Assembly (NCBI GenBank): GCA_950097015.1
Contig: CATNEN010000033.1
Span: 5,146,001-5,210,000 of the forward strand
Length of the DNA: 64,000 nucleotides
Direction: 5' to 3'
DNA from: Macrostomum hystrix
Lineage: Eukaryota; Animalia; Platyhelminthes
Under the pieces are notes generated by a model, which was given only the letters and a program-made list of their open reading frames with translations, was not told where the DNA came from and searched no databases. The position numbers and the translations under genes were made by a program. Positions 48,823 through 60,275 of the stretch are shown piece by piece; position 1 is the stretch's first letter; each line of letters begins with the position of its first letter.

Positions 48823-51800
48823 ATGTCTCTTAGAAAGGTGAAACTCCTGTTCCGCAATTTGCAGTTGCGTAATCAGCAGAACTCTTCCTCGTCTGCGTCC
48901 GCGGCTGCGGCCGCCGGCAACCGCTACGTGGCAGATCCTACTGGCTCTCCGGCTGCCGCCGCCGCAGCAGCCGCAGCCTCCGCGCTGTCGTTCTCAACCA
49001 CCGGTGGCTCGGCTGGAGCCTACAGAGGCATCGAGGATCCGGCTGACACGGTGCACTGCTGGAGCCTGGTCGGCAGCTGGGAAGAGATGAAGCGGAGCAA
49101 GCACACTATGGTGGCGCATGTGGAGGCCGGCAGGTACTTTCTATACGCATTCGGTGGCGATAATGGCCGCGCCACGCTTAACGACGTGCTGAGGTGAGAC
49201 TATTTCATATATAAATCATATTCTATCACTGACTATTGTCTAGTGTCTGATAAAAATCATAATCGATCTCCTTAATCTCCATGAGTCTAATACATTCCTA
49301 AATAACTTCTAAATTCTCTTAGATCTCATAGATTCCCCGTAGATCTCATAGACTCCCCGTAGATCTTATAGATTCCCCGTAGATCTCATAGATTCCCCGT
49401 AGATCTCATAGACTCCCCGTAGATCTTATTGATTCTCCGTAGATCTCATAGATTCCCCGTAGATCTCATAGATCTCATAGACCTCATAGATCTCGTAGGT
49501 TTATCAAGGCATTCTATTCTAGATTACTTTCAATCTGAAATCCTCGAAGGCCTGCAATATCCTCTTTCCTTTCCCGCTGTGTTGAATCTACTTTTCAGAT
49601 ACGATGTGGAAGCTCGCACCTGGACGCTGGTGCAGCCAGTGAATGGCACGCCGCCAGCGCCGCGCTACACCCACTCGGCGGTTGTGGCGGACGACTCCAT
49701 GCTGATATTCGGCGGCTACACTGGCGAGGAGAACAAGAACGACCTGTTCGAGTATCGGTTCGCCTCTCGCTACTGGTCCGAGTGGAAGTTCGATGCGAAG
49801 TCGCGCAAACCGGTGCCGCGGACCGCCCACTGCGCTTTCGTCCACAATGGCCGCATGTGGATCTACGCCGGCTATGATGGCAATCGACGGCTCAACGATC
49901 TCTGGCACACACCGGTGCCGTCATCATACAGCTCTCATTCGCCCACGACCACTCACTACTGGGAGGAGGCTGCTCAACTGGGCAACCAGCCCCCACCCCT
50001 GTGCAACTTCTCGCTTACGGTTAGAGCACTCGCCTAGCTGGCCTTGTCACTCTATGGGCTGTTATTGTAGCCTAACTAGCTGTCCTTGTCACTCTATGGG
50101 CTGTTACTGTAGCCTATCTAGCTGTCCTTGTCACTCTATGGGCTGTTACTGTAGCCTATCTAGCTGTCCTTGTCACTCTATGGGCTGTTACTGTAGCCTA
50201 ACTAGCTGTCCTTGTCACTCTATGGGCTGTTACTGTAGCCTAACTAGCTGTCCTTGTCACTCTATGGGCTGTTACTGTAGCCTATCTAGCTGTCCTTGTC
50301 ACTCTATGGGCTGTTACTGTAGCCTATCTAGCTGTCCTTGTCACTCTATGGGCTGTTACTGTAGCCTAACTAGCTGTCCTTGTCACTCTATGGGCTGTTA
50401 CTGTAGCCTAACTAGCTGTCCTTGTCACTCTATGGGCTGTTACTGTAGCCTAACTAGCTGTCCTTGTCACTCTGCTGGCATAAAATACAAATACGAATTA
50501 GTTATATTTTAAATACTGGGCCTTTATATTATACCTTTGCAAGAGCTCCTTGACGTCAATCGCAGGTTTGCCGCGACACCCTTTTCGTGTTCAGCGGGGA
50601 GAGCGGCAGCAAGTCGTCCAATAAGCTGTACCAGTACGACTTCTCCTCTAGCCACTGGTCTGTTATTAATCGCGACAATGTGCTTGGCTGCGTCGCACCG
50701 GCCCCTGAGAAAGTGTTCGGCCATTCCATGCTGAGCTATGGCAGGCATCTGTTCGTGTTCGGCGGAGTCACCGGCTCGTCTGTCATGAATCAGCTGTTTA
50801 GCTACGATTTAGACGACAAGACCTGGTCCACTGTGGAGCCTGCGTCAGGTTAGTTAGTTTATTATTGCAGATCACAAGTCCTAAGTAAAACATTTCCTCA
50901 AGCCAGTCCTTCATTTAGGTTAGGTCTGAGCCTTCCTCAGATAAAATCCTTTCTCAGATTCTCGGTTAAAACCTTCCAGATCATCATGTAAAACCTTTCT
51001 CAGATTCTGAGGTAAAACTTCCCTCAGATTCTCAGGTACAACCTTCCTCAGATCCTCAGGTACAACCTTCCTCAGATCATCAGGTACAACCTTCCTCAGA
51101 TCCTCAGGTACAAGCTTCCTCAGATTCTCAGGTACAACCTTCCTCAGATCCTCAGGTACAACCTTCCTCAGATCATCAGGTACAACCTTCCTCAGATCCT
51201 CAGGTACAACCTTCCTCAGATCATCAGGTACAACCTTCCTCAGATCCTCAGGTACAACCTTCCTCAGATCCTCAGGTACAAGCTTCCTCAGATCCTCAGG
51301 TACAACCTTCCTCAGATCCTCAGGTACAACCTTCCTCAGATCCTCAGGTACAACCTTCCTCAGATCCTCAGGTACAACCTTCCTCAGATCCTCAGGTAAT
51401 TTTTTCGGGTTATATGTTCGCTTCTTGCAGGCAGCCGCATACCAGATGGTCGGCTGTACCACAGCGCTGTACTGGTGGACTCTAGCATGTACATCTTTGG
51501 TGGCAACGTGGAGAAGAATCTATTTAGCGGGGACATGTACCGCATCCAGCTGTCCAGCTATCCCCGCTGCACTCTACAAGACGATTTTGGCCGCCTCCTA
51601 CAGTCCGGGATGCTGTGCGATGTGGAATTCCAAGTCGGACCAGACAAGCAGTCCATCATGGCGCACCAGTGCTTTCTGGCTGCCAGGTTGGGGCTATGAA
51701 ACATTGCTATGTGAAGCATTTCTTTAGCTCAATATACTACTTAGTAGCTTTTGTGTCGCAGGTTGCATTTGCCATTCCGCTATTCACAGATCCTGCTTCC

Positions 51801-53059
51801 TCCTTAATCGTATTCGCGAGGCTCGCCAGGCAGCCCTTCAATCGTCGTCATCGGCATCCACACAACCATCAGTGCAGCAGCGGTCTCCATCGCCTTCTCA
51901 GCAGCAGAATCTCGGTCAGTCATCCGGGAGCGGCAAACCGCTTCAAGTCCGCCTGCCGGACACGGATCCCACGGCCTTCCGCCTGATCCTGTCGTTTGTG
52001 TACACGGACCAGCTGCAGCCGGTGGAAAATGCTGAGGACATGCAGAACACTGGCACCATCCTGCTGATGATGCAGGTGTACCAGCTAGCCCTGCAGTTTC
52101 AGATGTCCCGCCTGCAGCACGTGGTCACCCAGTACCTCGAGTCCTGCATTAACGAGCGCAATGTTGTTGTGACCTACGAGAGATCCAGCGAGCTGGGTCA
52201 GGTCCCGTTAAAAGAGTACTGCCTGAACTTCATGACCAAAGACTCGGTGTACAAGTCCGTCATACACAGGTGCGACTGAATTTCGTTTTTCTAGAGTAGT
52301 CAATCAGTCAAGCTTTGAGATCAGTCTTTTCATATTGCACTCGATTGCAGCCGCGAATTCGAGGAGCTTGACAAGCCGCTGATCCTCGAGGTGGTGCGTC
52401 GCCGCGAGCGCTACGCAGCCTCGCCCGGAGGCGCTGGCGCCGGCACAACCGCCAATTCCGTCAACCGAATCATCGACGCGCACAAACGGGACATTCTTGA
52501 GCACACAAACAGCCTGAAGAAGGACATGGCCATCTTTCTGAGCACAGTCGGCCGCGACTACTCGGATGTGACGCTGCTATTAGGAGAGCATCGGATCCCG
52601 GCGCACCGTGCGGTGCTGGCCGCGCGCTGCGGCTACTTTGAAGGTTTCTTTCGTTCGTTTCCGCCCAAAGATGATCTGGTCGAAGTCACGTTTGGAAGCC
52701 ACGTGCCAACCAAGCAAGCTTTCACTAACCTGCTGCGCTACATCTATTGCGGCGATATGAGCATGCCGCCGGCTGATCTCATGTACATTGCCAACGCCTG
52801 CGACTATTATAACTTTGCTAACGACCGGCTGCAGGCCTACTGCAAGCAAAACATCGAGGTCAACATCTCGCCGGACAATGTGCTCACTATTCTAGAAGCC
52901 GCAGATGTTATCAAATCCCAGGGCGTGAAGTCTCACGCGTTGCGCATTGTGGCTAAGAATGCCAGACGCATTGTTGACGGCGAGCAGTCGGCTACGCTGC
53001 TGCGACTGCCGCAGCCGCTGCTGGTTGAAATTTTGCGGGCTATTGTGCTAGACAAATAA
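48823..53059 (+). CDS. LZTR1: Leucine zipper-like transcriptional regulator 1 (Kelch repeats + two BTB-BACK domains; CUL3 adaptor), about 839 aa
   Basis: Exons 48823-49193, 49599-50019, 50566-50848, 51431-51686, 51790-52269, 52351-53059; frame-consistent, 2520 nt. Motifs RSKHTMVA, FGGDNGRATLND, GTPPAPRYTHSAV, AGYDGNRRLNDLW, SSYPRCTLQDDFGRL, HRAVLAARCGYFEGFFRSF. Confidence 0.96.
49316..49495. repeat. 20-bp minisatellite (TAGATCTCATAGATTCCCCG) in LZTR1 intron 1
   Basis: About 7 copies plus 10-bp half units. Confidence 0.9.
50034..50473. repeat. 42-bp minisatellite (CTAGCTGTCCTTGTCACTCTATGGGCTGTTACTGTAGCCTAW) in LZTR1 intron 2
   Basis: About 10 direct copies filling most of the intron. Confidence 0.95.
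50925..51397. repeat. 24-bp minisatellite (CCTTCCTCAGATCCTCAGGTACAA) in LZTR1 intron 3
   Basis: About 16 good copies plus degenerate 5' copies; source of the antisense PEDLRKVV ORF. Confidence 0.95.
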
Positions 53060-53906
53060 ACTCTACTGGGTCCTCCTCTAACAAGAGTGCTCTGAGAGTA
53101 CTTTAAGGTCTATTAAGGTGTCCCGCCAATCAAAAATGAGGCTGGGATGTAAATGGAGTGGGGTGGCTGCGAGCCGATCGGGGATAAGATGACAACTAAT
53201 TAGGCAATCATGCATGGATTCTTTCATTTGTCCAGCTCGATCAAGTCTTGATTAAAGTGTTATATTTAATATTTTCAAATTTTGAGTCAATTCTTGTTCG
53301 CTAGCTTTGATTTCTGTGTCTGGAAAGTACACTAGAAAGACTGGAAAGACATCTTGATGCCTGCACATCACCCTATGCATAGTAGACTAGGCGCAGCATT
53401 TTTGATCGAAAGCTATTGTTTCTGTGAGTGCAATTTTGTTACTATTAGCAACCATTTCATTTTAATCTCGATTTCATATTCCGTAATCTGTACACAACTA
53501 GATTTTTTATGTTGAATGTAATCGTTTTTAATTAGTGTTTTGCCACCAGTGTTCGCTTTGTAAGCATCGTAACTGCAGGAAATCAAACTATTTTTTCAGC
53601 TCCATATTCAGCTGCAAGTGTCACAGAAGTTTTCACTTTGCTTTCAATGGATGCATTTGTTCTAAGAAATAAACATGCGACTCGAGGCGGTTAAACTTCA
53701 GCTCTTTGTTTTTGGCTACCTGCGGAATGCCAGACTTCATTTTCGCAAACTTTTTGTACATTCTCCATATTCATAGATTACTTAGATTTGATATATTATA
53801 TGACGCATTTTATCATAGGAGAATAACCTATAGGCGAGTATGAGTAACCCATAGGACTTAAAAATCAACCACGTAGGTCCATATGCCTCTTTTGACTGCC
53901 CACCCG

Positions 53907-55243
53907 CCATTTCACACCTTGACCTGGTTAATCCACCATTTCACACCTTGACCTGGTTAATCCACCATTTCACACCTTGACCTGGTTAATCCACCATTTC
54001 ACACTTTGACCTGGTTAATCCACCATTTCACACCTTGACCTGGTTAATCCACCATTTCACACATTGACCTGGTTAATCCACCATTTCACACATTGACCTG
54101 GTTAATCCACCATTTCCCACATTGACCTGGTTAATCCACCATTTCACACCTTGACCTGGTTAATCCACCATTTCACACCTTGACCTGGTTAATCCACCAT
54201 TTCACACCTTGACCTGGTTAATCCACCATTTCACACCTTGACCTGGTTAATCCACCATTTCCCACATTGACCTGGTTAATCCACCATTTCACACATTGAC
54301 CTGGTTAATCCACCATTTCACACATTGACCTGGTTAATCCACCATTTCACACCTTGACCTGGTTAATCCACCATTTCACACATTGACCTGGTTAATCCAC
54401 CATTTCACACATTGACCTGGTTAATCCACCATTTCACACCTTGACCTGGTTAATCCACCATTTCACACATTGACCTGGTTAATCCACCATTTCACACCTT
54501 GACCTGGTTAATCCACCATTTCACACATTGACCTGGTTAATCCACCATTTCACACATTGACCTGGTTAATCCACCATTTCACACCTTGACCTGGTTAATC
54601 CACCATTTCACACATTGACCTGGTTAATCCACCATTTCACACATTGACCTGGTTAATCCACCATTTCACACATTGACCTGGTTAATCCACCATTTCACAC
54701 ATTGACCTGGTTAATCCACCATTTCACACCTTGACCTGGTTAATCCACCATTTCACACATTGACCTGGTTAATCCACCATTTCACACCTTGACCTGGTTA
54801 ATCCACCATTTCACACCTTGACCTGGTTAATCCACCATTTCACACCTTGACCTGGTTAATCCACCATTTCCCACATTGACCTGGTTAATCCACCATTTCA
54901 CACATTGACCTGGTTAATCCACCATTTCACACCTTGACCTGGTTAATCCACCATTTCACACATTGACCTGGTTAATCCACCATTTCACACATTGACCTGG
55001 TTAATCCACCATTTCACACCTTGACCTGGTTAATCCACCATTTCACACATTGACCTGGTTAATCCACCATTTCACACCTTGACCTGGTTAATCCACCATT
55101 TCAAACCTTGACCTGGTTAATCCACCATTTCACACATTGACCTGGTTAATCCACCATTTCACACATTGACCTGGTTAATCCACCATTTCCCACATTGACC
55201 TGGTTAATCCACCATTTCACACATTGACCTGGTTAATCCACCT
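53907..55243. repeat. 29-bp minisatellite (TTGACCTGGTTAATCCACCATTTCACACM), about 46 copies, between LZTR1 and MFSD14
   Basis: Highly homogeneous tandem copies with an A/C polymorphism. Confidence 0.97.
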
Positions 55244-55403
55244 TGACCAGGTAAATCCAGCAGCTTAGACCAGGTTACTGAGACTGAATTCCATTTTTCA
55301 ATCATTTTGTCTAATGAATTCTATAAAATTAGCATCACAAAAATTTCAGCCGCATGACCAGCGGCAACTCTCGCGTCGCTTTCTAACAACAGTCCGGTCT
55401 ATT

Positions 55404-58400
55404 ATGCATTTGTACCGGGGTAAGCACAAGAAAAAGTACAACCCCATGGCCTTCCTGGACTGGACCAAGCGGTCCGATGTGAGTTGCCTACTTTCATAGA
55501 AATTCTCGATTCAAATATTTGTCTGAAGTCTAAGATCGATGGTGACATTTTGGTAGATAGTGTCTTGTTTGTTTGCTGGACGGTTAATTGTCGAAATTTA
55601 AATTACGTTTTCCTTGCTAACTTTCTTTTGCAATTTTGCAGTGCTCATCGGTAAGCTAACCGCATGGATTCCGGTCTCAATTGGCTCCTCATATTTTCAC
55701 CTGGTTCCTGTGATAGAGGGCTTCATTTTTCTTCTGGAATTTTACTCCTCGATATCCAGCCAGAGATTAGGTAGCAGCCATCGACATCTAGCTGGAGATT
55801 GGGTAGCAGCCATATATCTCTAGCTGGAGATTTAGTTCCAGCCATAGACATCTAGCTGGAGATAGGGTAGCAGCAATTGACATCTAGCTGGAGATTGGGT
55901 AGCAGCAATTGACATCTAGCTGGAGATTGGGTAGCAGCCATTGACATCTAGCTGGAGATTGTGTTGCAGCCATTGACATCTAGCTGGATATTGTGTTGCA
56001 GCCATTGACATCTAGCTGGAGATTGTGTTGCAGCCATAGACATCTAGCTGGAGATTGGGTAGTAGCCATTGACATCTAGCTGGAGATTGGGTAGCAGCCA
56101 TATATCTCTAGCTGGAGATTTAGTTCCAGCCATAGACATCTAGCTGGAGATTGGGTAGCAGCAATTGACATCTAGCTGGAGATTGGGTAGCAGCCATTGA
56201 CATCTAGCTGGATATTGTGTTGCAGCCATTGACATCTAGCTGGAGATTGTGTTGCAGCCATAGACATCTAGCTGGAGATTGGGTAGTAGCCATTGACATC
56301 TAGCTGGAGATTGGGTAGCAGCCATATATCTCTAGCTGGAGATAGGGTAGCAGCAATTGACATCTAGCTGGAGATTGGGTAGCAGCCATTGACATCTAGC
56401 TGGAGATTGGGTAGTAGCCATAGACATCTAGCTGGAGATTGGGTAGCAGCCATAGACATCTAGCTGGAGATAGGGTAGCAGCAATTGACATCTAGCTGGA
56501 GATAGGGTAGCAGCAATTGACATCTAGCTGGAGATTGGGTAGCAGCCAAAGACATCTAGCTGGAGATTGGGTAGCAGCCATAGACATCTAGCTGGAGATT
56601 GGGTAGTAGCCATCGACATCTAGCTGGAGATTGGGTAGCAGCCATAGACATCTAGCTGGAGATAGGGTAGCAGCAATTGACATCTAGCTGGAGATAGGGT
56701 AGCAGCAATTGACATCTAGCTGGAGATTGTGTTGCAGCCAGAGTTTAAAGCTGTAATATAAAGCTCCTTTCTCTGATTTCTAAGCAGTTGTTAGAACTTA
56801 GCTGTGCATTGTAGCTCACAGAACAATGTTTTTTAATTACCTGGTTTGTAATTCTTGCCTTTAATTTGACTGCATTGTTTTCTGTTATGAAGCATCGAAT
56901 ACACTTCTAATGTTCCAGTTGATTGCAGTTATACTCGTAAATCATAATTAATCACATAAAACGTGATTGCTTCTCTCTATTTTAGTCTAGTGATTAGATT
57001 TAGTATCAGTTTAATTTTATAATTGAATTTATTCTTTCATTTCTTTGCAGGCCTCATTCTTTCAGAAGCCTTCCGTTTATCACGCGCTAATCGTGATATT
57101 CCTGGAATTCTTCGCCTGGGGCCTGCTAACCAATCCCATGATCAACGTGCTGGAGGAGACGTTCCCGTCTCACAAGTTCCTCATGAATGGCCTTATTCAG
57201 GGCGTTAAGGTTGGTATTTTGTTATGTTTGCTGTATGCTCAGGGGACAGTATGGGGCGCTGACTGTGAGTGCTCAGGGGACAGTATGGGGCGCTGACTGT
57301 GAGTGCTCAGGGGACAGTATGGGCGCTGACTGTGAGTGCTCAGGGGACAGTATGGGGCGCTGACTGTGAGTGCTCAGGGGACAGTATGGGCGCTGACTGT
57401 GAGTGCTCAGGGGACAGTATGGGGCGCTGACTGTGAGTGCTCAGGGGACAGTATGGGCACTGACTGTGTGTGCTCAGGGGACAGTATGGGGCGCTGACTG
57501 TGAGTGCTCAGGGGACAGTATGGGGCACTGACTGTGAGTGCTCAGGGGACAGTATGGGCACTGACTGTGTGTGCTCAGGGGACAGTATGGGGCGCTGACT
57601 GTGAATGCTCAGGGGACAGTATGGGCACTGACTGTGAGTGCTCAGGGGACAGTATGGGGCGCTGACTGTGAGTGCTCAGGGGACAGTATGGGGCACTGAC
57701 TGTGAGTGCTCAGGGGACAGTATGGGGCGCTGACTGTGAGTGCTCAGGGGACAGTATGGGGAGCTGACTGTGTGAGTGATCCCAGAATATCCCCCAAAAA
57801 CGTTTCCAGGGCTTTCTGTCCTTCCTGTCGGCTCCCCTAGTTGGCGCACTGTCGGACGTGTTCGGCCGGAAGACCTTCCTGCTGGTGACAGTGTTTTTCA
57901 CCTGCTCCCCGATCCCCTTCATGCACGTCTCCCACTGGTGGTACTTCACCCTCATCACCGTGTCAGGCATGTTCTCCGTCACCTTCTCCGTTGTGTTCGC
58001 CTATGTCTCCGACGTCACTACGGAGGAGGACCGCAGCTGGGCCTACGGCCTGGTCTCGGCCAGCTTCGCTGCCAGCCTCATCACCTCGCCAGCCATCGGT
58101 GCTCATCTCGGCAAGCTCTATAGCGACAATTTTGTTGTGGCCCTGGCTACCTTTGTGGCCCTGCTGGACATCTTCTTCATCTTAACGGTGAGTTCATTGT
58201 GCGAGTTTAGGGTTAAACTATGTTATTTGATCGACTGACTGTTAGATCTGCAGGTAATTATCCAGACTGACTGTTAGATCTGCCGGTAATTATCCAGACT
58301 GACTGTTAGATCTGCCGGTAATTAGCCAGACTGACTCTTAGATCTGCAGCTAATTAGCCATATTACCTATCAGATATGCGGGTAATTGTTCATATTGACA

Positions 58401-60275
58401 ATTTGATCTGCAGCTAATTATCTGTATTGAAAAGCTGCCCGCCCCTCCCGCAGGTGGTGCCCGAGTCCCTATCGGAGAAAAATCGCTGCGTAGCCTGGGG
58501 CTCGCAAATCAGCTGGGCCAAGGCTGATCCATTCTCATCGTTGCGCAAGATGGGCGCCGATCAGCTGATCCTAATGCTCTGCATCACCACATTTCTCAGC
58601 TACCTGCCGGAGGCTGGGGAGTACACCTGCTTCTTTGTCTATCTCCGCCTCATCATGGGCTTCTCAGAGGAGGGCGTGGCCTATTTCATCTGCGTGGTCG
58701 GCATTCTGTCCTGCATAGCCCAGACAGCCGGGCTCAGCCTGCTCATCAAGCACTGCGGGCCCAAGCGGACTATCATGGTCGGCCTAGTCTTCCACATGCT
58801 GCAGATGGGTATCTACGGCTTCTCCTCCCAGACCTTCCTGCTCTGGCTGGCCGGCGGTCTGGCCGCTCTGGGCAGCATCACCTACCCGGCCATCTCCGCC
58901 TTCGTGTCCAACCACGCCGAGCAGGACCAGCAGGGCGTGGCTCAGGGCATCCTGACCGGCATTCGCGGTCTGTGCAACGGCCTGGGCCCGGCTCTGTTTG
59001 GCTTCATCTTCTACGTGTTCGAGGTTGACCTGAACGATGCTCCCAAGCTGGCCACGGCTCCACTGATCCGTGTGCCTCCCGGCGGCCTTACGGGAGCCGC
59101 CAACCGGTCTTTGGCTGTTACGGTTAGTGCCCGGGAGTGTTTTTTCACGCATTAGTTTTTAGTTACTGTCTCAACTTGTGTTATCATGGACATTTTCCTA
59201 CTTAAGCCATGGCCTTCTGTCTCATCTGAGATCGCCTCTACCCTAATTTCTCAGGCGGGATCGGTGGGTGTAACAGCACTCAGCTGGCAGCAAAGCATTC
59301 ACAACTTCAACAAGGCCATCATGCCGGGCCCGCCATTTGCCTTCGGCGCTGTGCTAGTGCTTCTGGCCATACTGGTGTCAGTGCTCATTCCAGACAATCC
59401 GCACTCAAGCATCAACATCAGCGTCAAGCCGGGCGATGGGCACAGGAGAACGCCGAGTTTGGTCATCAATTACCACCGGCTTGGTGGGTTCTGAATTTCC
59501 CCGTCTGCCAAGGATTCTTCGTCTGCCAGGGATTCCCCATCTACCAGGGATTCCTCATCGGCTAGGATTCTCCATCTACCAGAGATTCCCTTTCTGCCAG
59601 GGAGTCCCCGTCTGCCAGGGATTCCCTTTCTGCCAGGGATTCCCTATCGGCTAGGGATTCTCCATCTTCCAGGGAATCCCAGTCTGCCAGGGATTCTGCA
59701 TCTGCCTGAGATTCTCCGCCAGGGATTCTCCATCTGCCTGAGATTCTCCGCCAGGGATTCTCTATCTGCCTGGGATTCTCTATCTGCCTGGGATTCTCCA
59801 TCTGCCTGGGATTCTCCATCTGTATGGGATTCCCCGTCTTCCAGGGAATCCCATCTGCCAGGGAGTCCCCGTCTGCTAGGGATTCACTATCTACCAGGCA
59901 CCTGCCTGGGATTCTCCGCCTGCCTGAAAATCCTAATCCGCCTAGAAGTAGGTTTTACCTTTAATGTTGATTTTAGTTTTCTGAAGAATTTACCAATTCC
60001 CGAATGGTGAAACTCTTCAATTACCATACGAGTATGCCATGTTTTCCTCTGGTTTTCCTACTTGGTCGAGATTCCCATTTGGCAGGATTTCCCTATATAA
60101 GGCGCCATTTCTTATATAAACTATCAGTCATCGCAAACTTTTGACAGCCACCGACGATGAAGACCCGGAACAGCAGGCTTCAGCTGCGGGCACATCGCCA
60201 GCCGCTGCCGGTGGGTCGTCCAGCTCATCCGGCGCTGGTGGCAGCGGCAGCGGCGGAGCAGCTTCAATGAGTTGA
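55404..60275 (+). CDS. MFSD14A: MFSD14/HIAT1-family major facilitator transporter, about 548 aa
   Basis: Exons 55404-55478, (55642-55650 candidate microexon), 57051-57209, 57810-58187, 58454-59122, 59255-59483, 60148-60275; frame-consistent. Motifs PSVYHALIVIFLEFFAWGLLT, FLMNGLIQGVKGFLSFLSAPLVGALSDVFGRK, SYLPEAG, QGILTGIRGLCNGLGPALFG, MPGPPFAFGA. The A versus B paralog name is not resolvable in an invertebrate; first and last exons are less certain. Confidence 0.93.
55770..56740. repeat. 32-bp minisatellite (GACATCTAGCTGGAGATTGGGTAGCAGCCATT), about 30 copies, MFSD14 intron
   Basis: Direct tandem copies with recurring variant blocks. Confidence 0.96.
57236..57775. repeat. 33/34-bp minisatellite (GCTCAGGGGACAGTATGGGGCGCTGACTGTGAGT), about 16 copies, MFSD14 intron
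   Basis: Direct tandem copies filling the intron. Confidence 0.96.
58234..58350. repeat. 32-bp minisatellite (GACTGACTGTTAGATCTGCCGGTAATTATCCA), about 4 copies, MFSD14 intron
   Basis: Direct tandem copies decaying towards the 3' side. Confidence 0.88.
59498..59930. repeat. Degenerate approx. 20-bp repeat (GGGATTCYCCATCTGCCA-like), last MFSD14 intron
   Basis: Repeated GGGATTCTCCATCTGCC blocks. Confidence 0.85.

Noticed and set aside
50920-51462. Antisense ORF with PEDLRKVV repeats
   Set aside because: It is the reverse complement of the 24-bp array in LZTR1 intron 3.
51762-51789. Alternative LZTR1 acceptor at 51761 (TGTCGCAG)
   Set aside because: It leads to an in-frame TAA within 16 codons, whereas the acceptor at 51789 restores the conserved RS..L..RI..AR segment.
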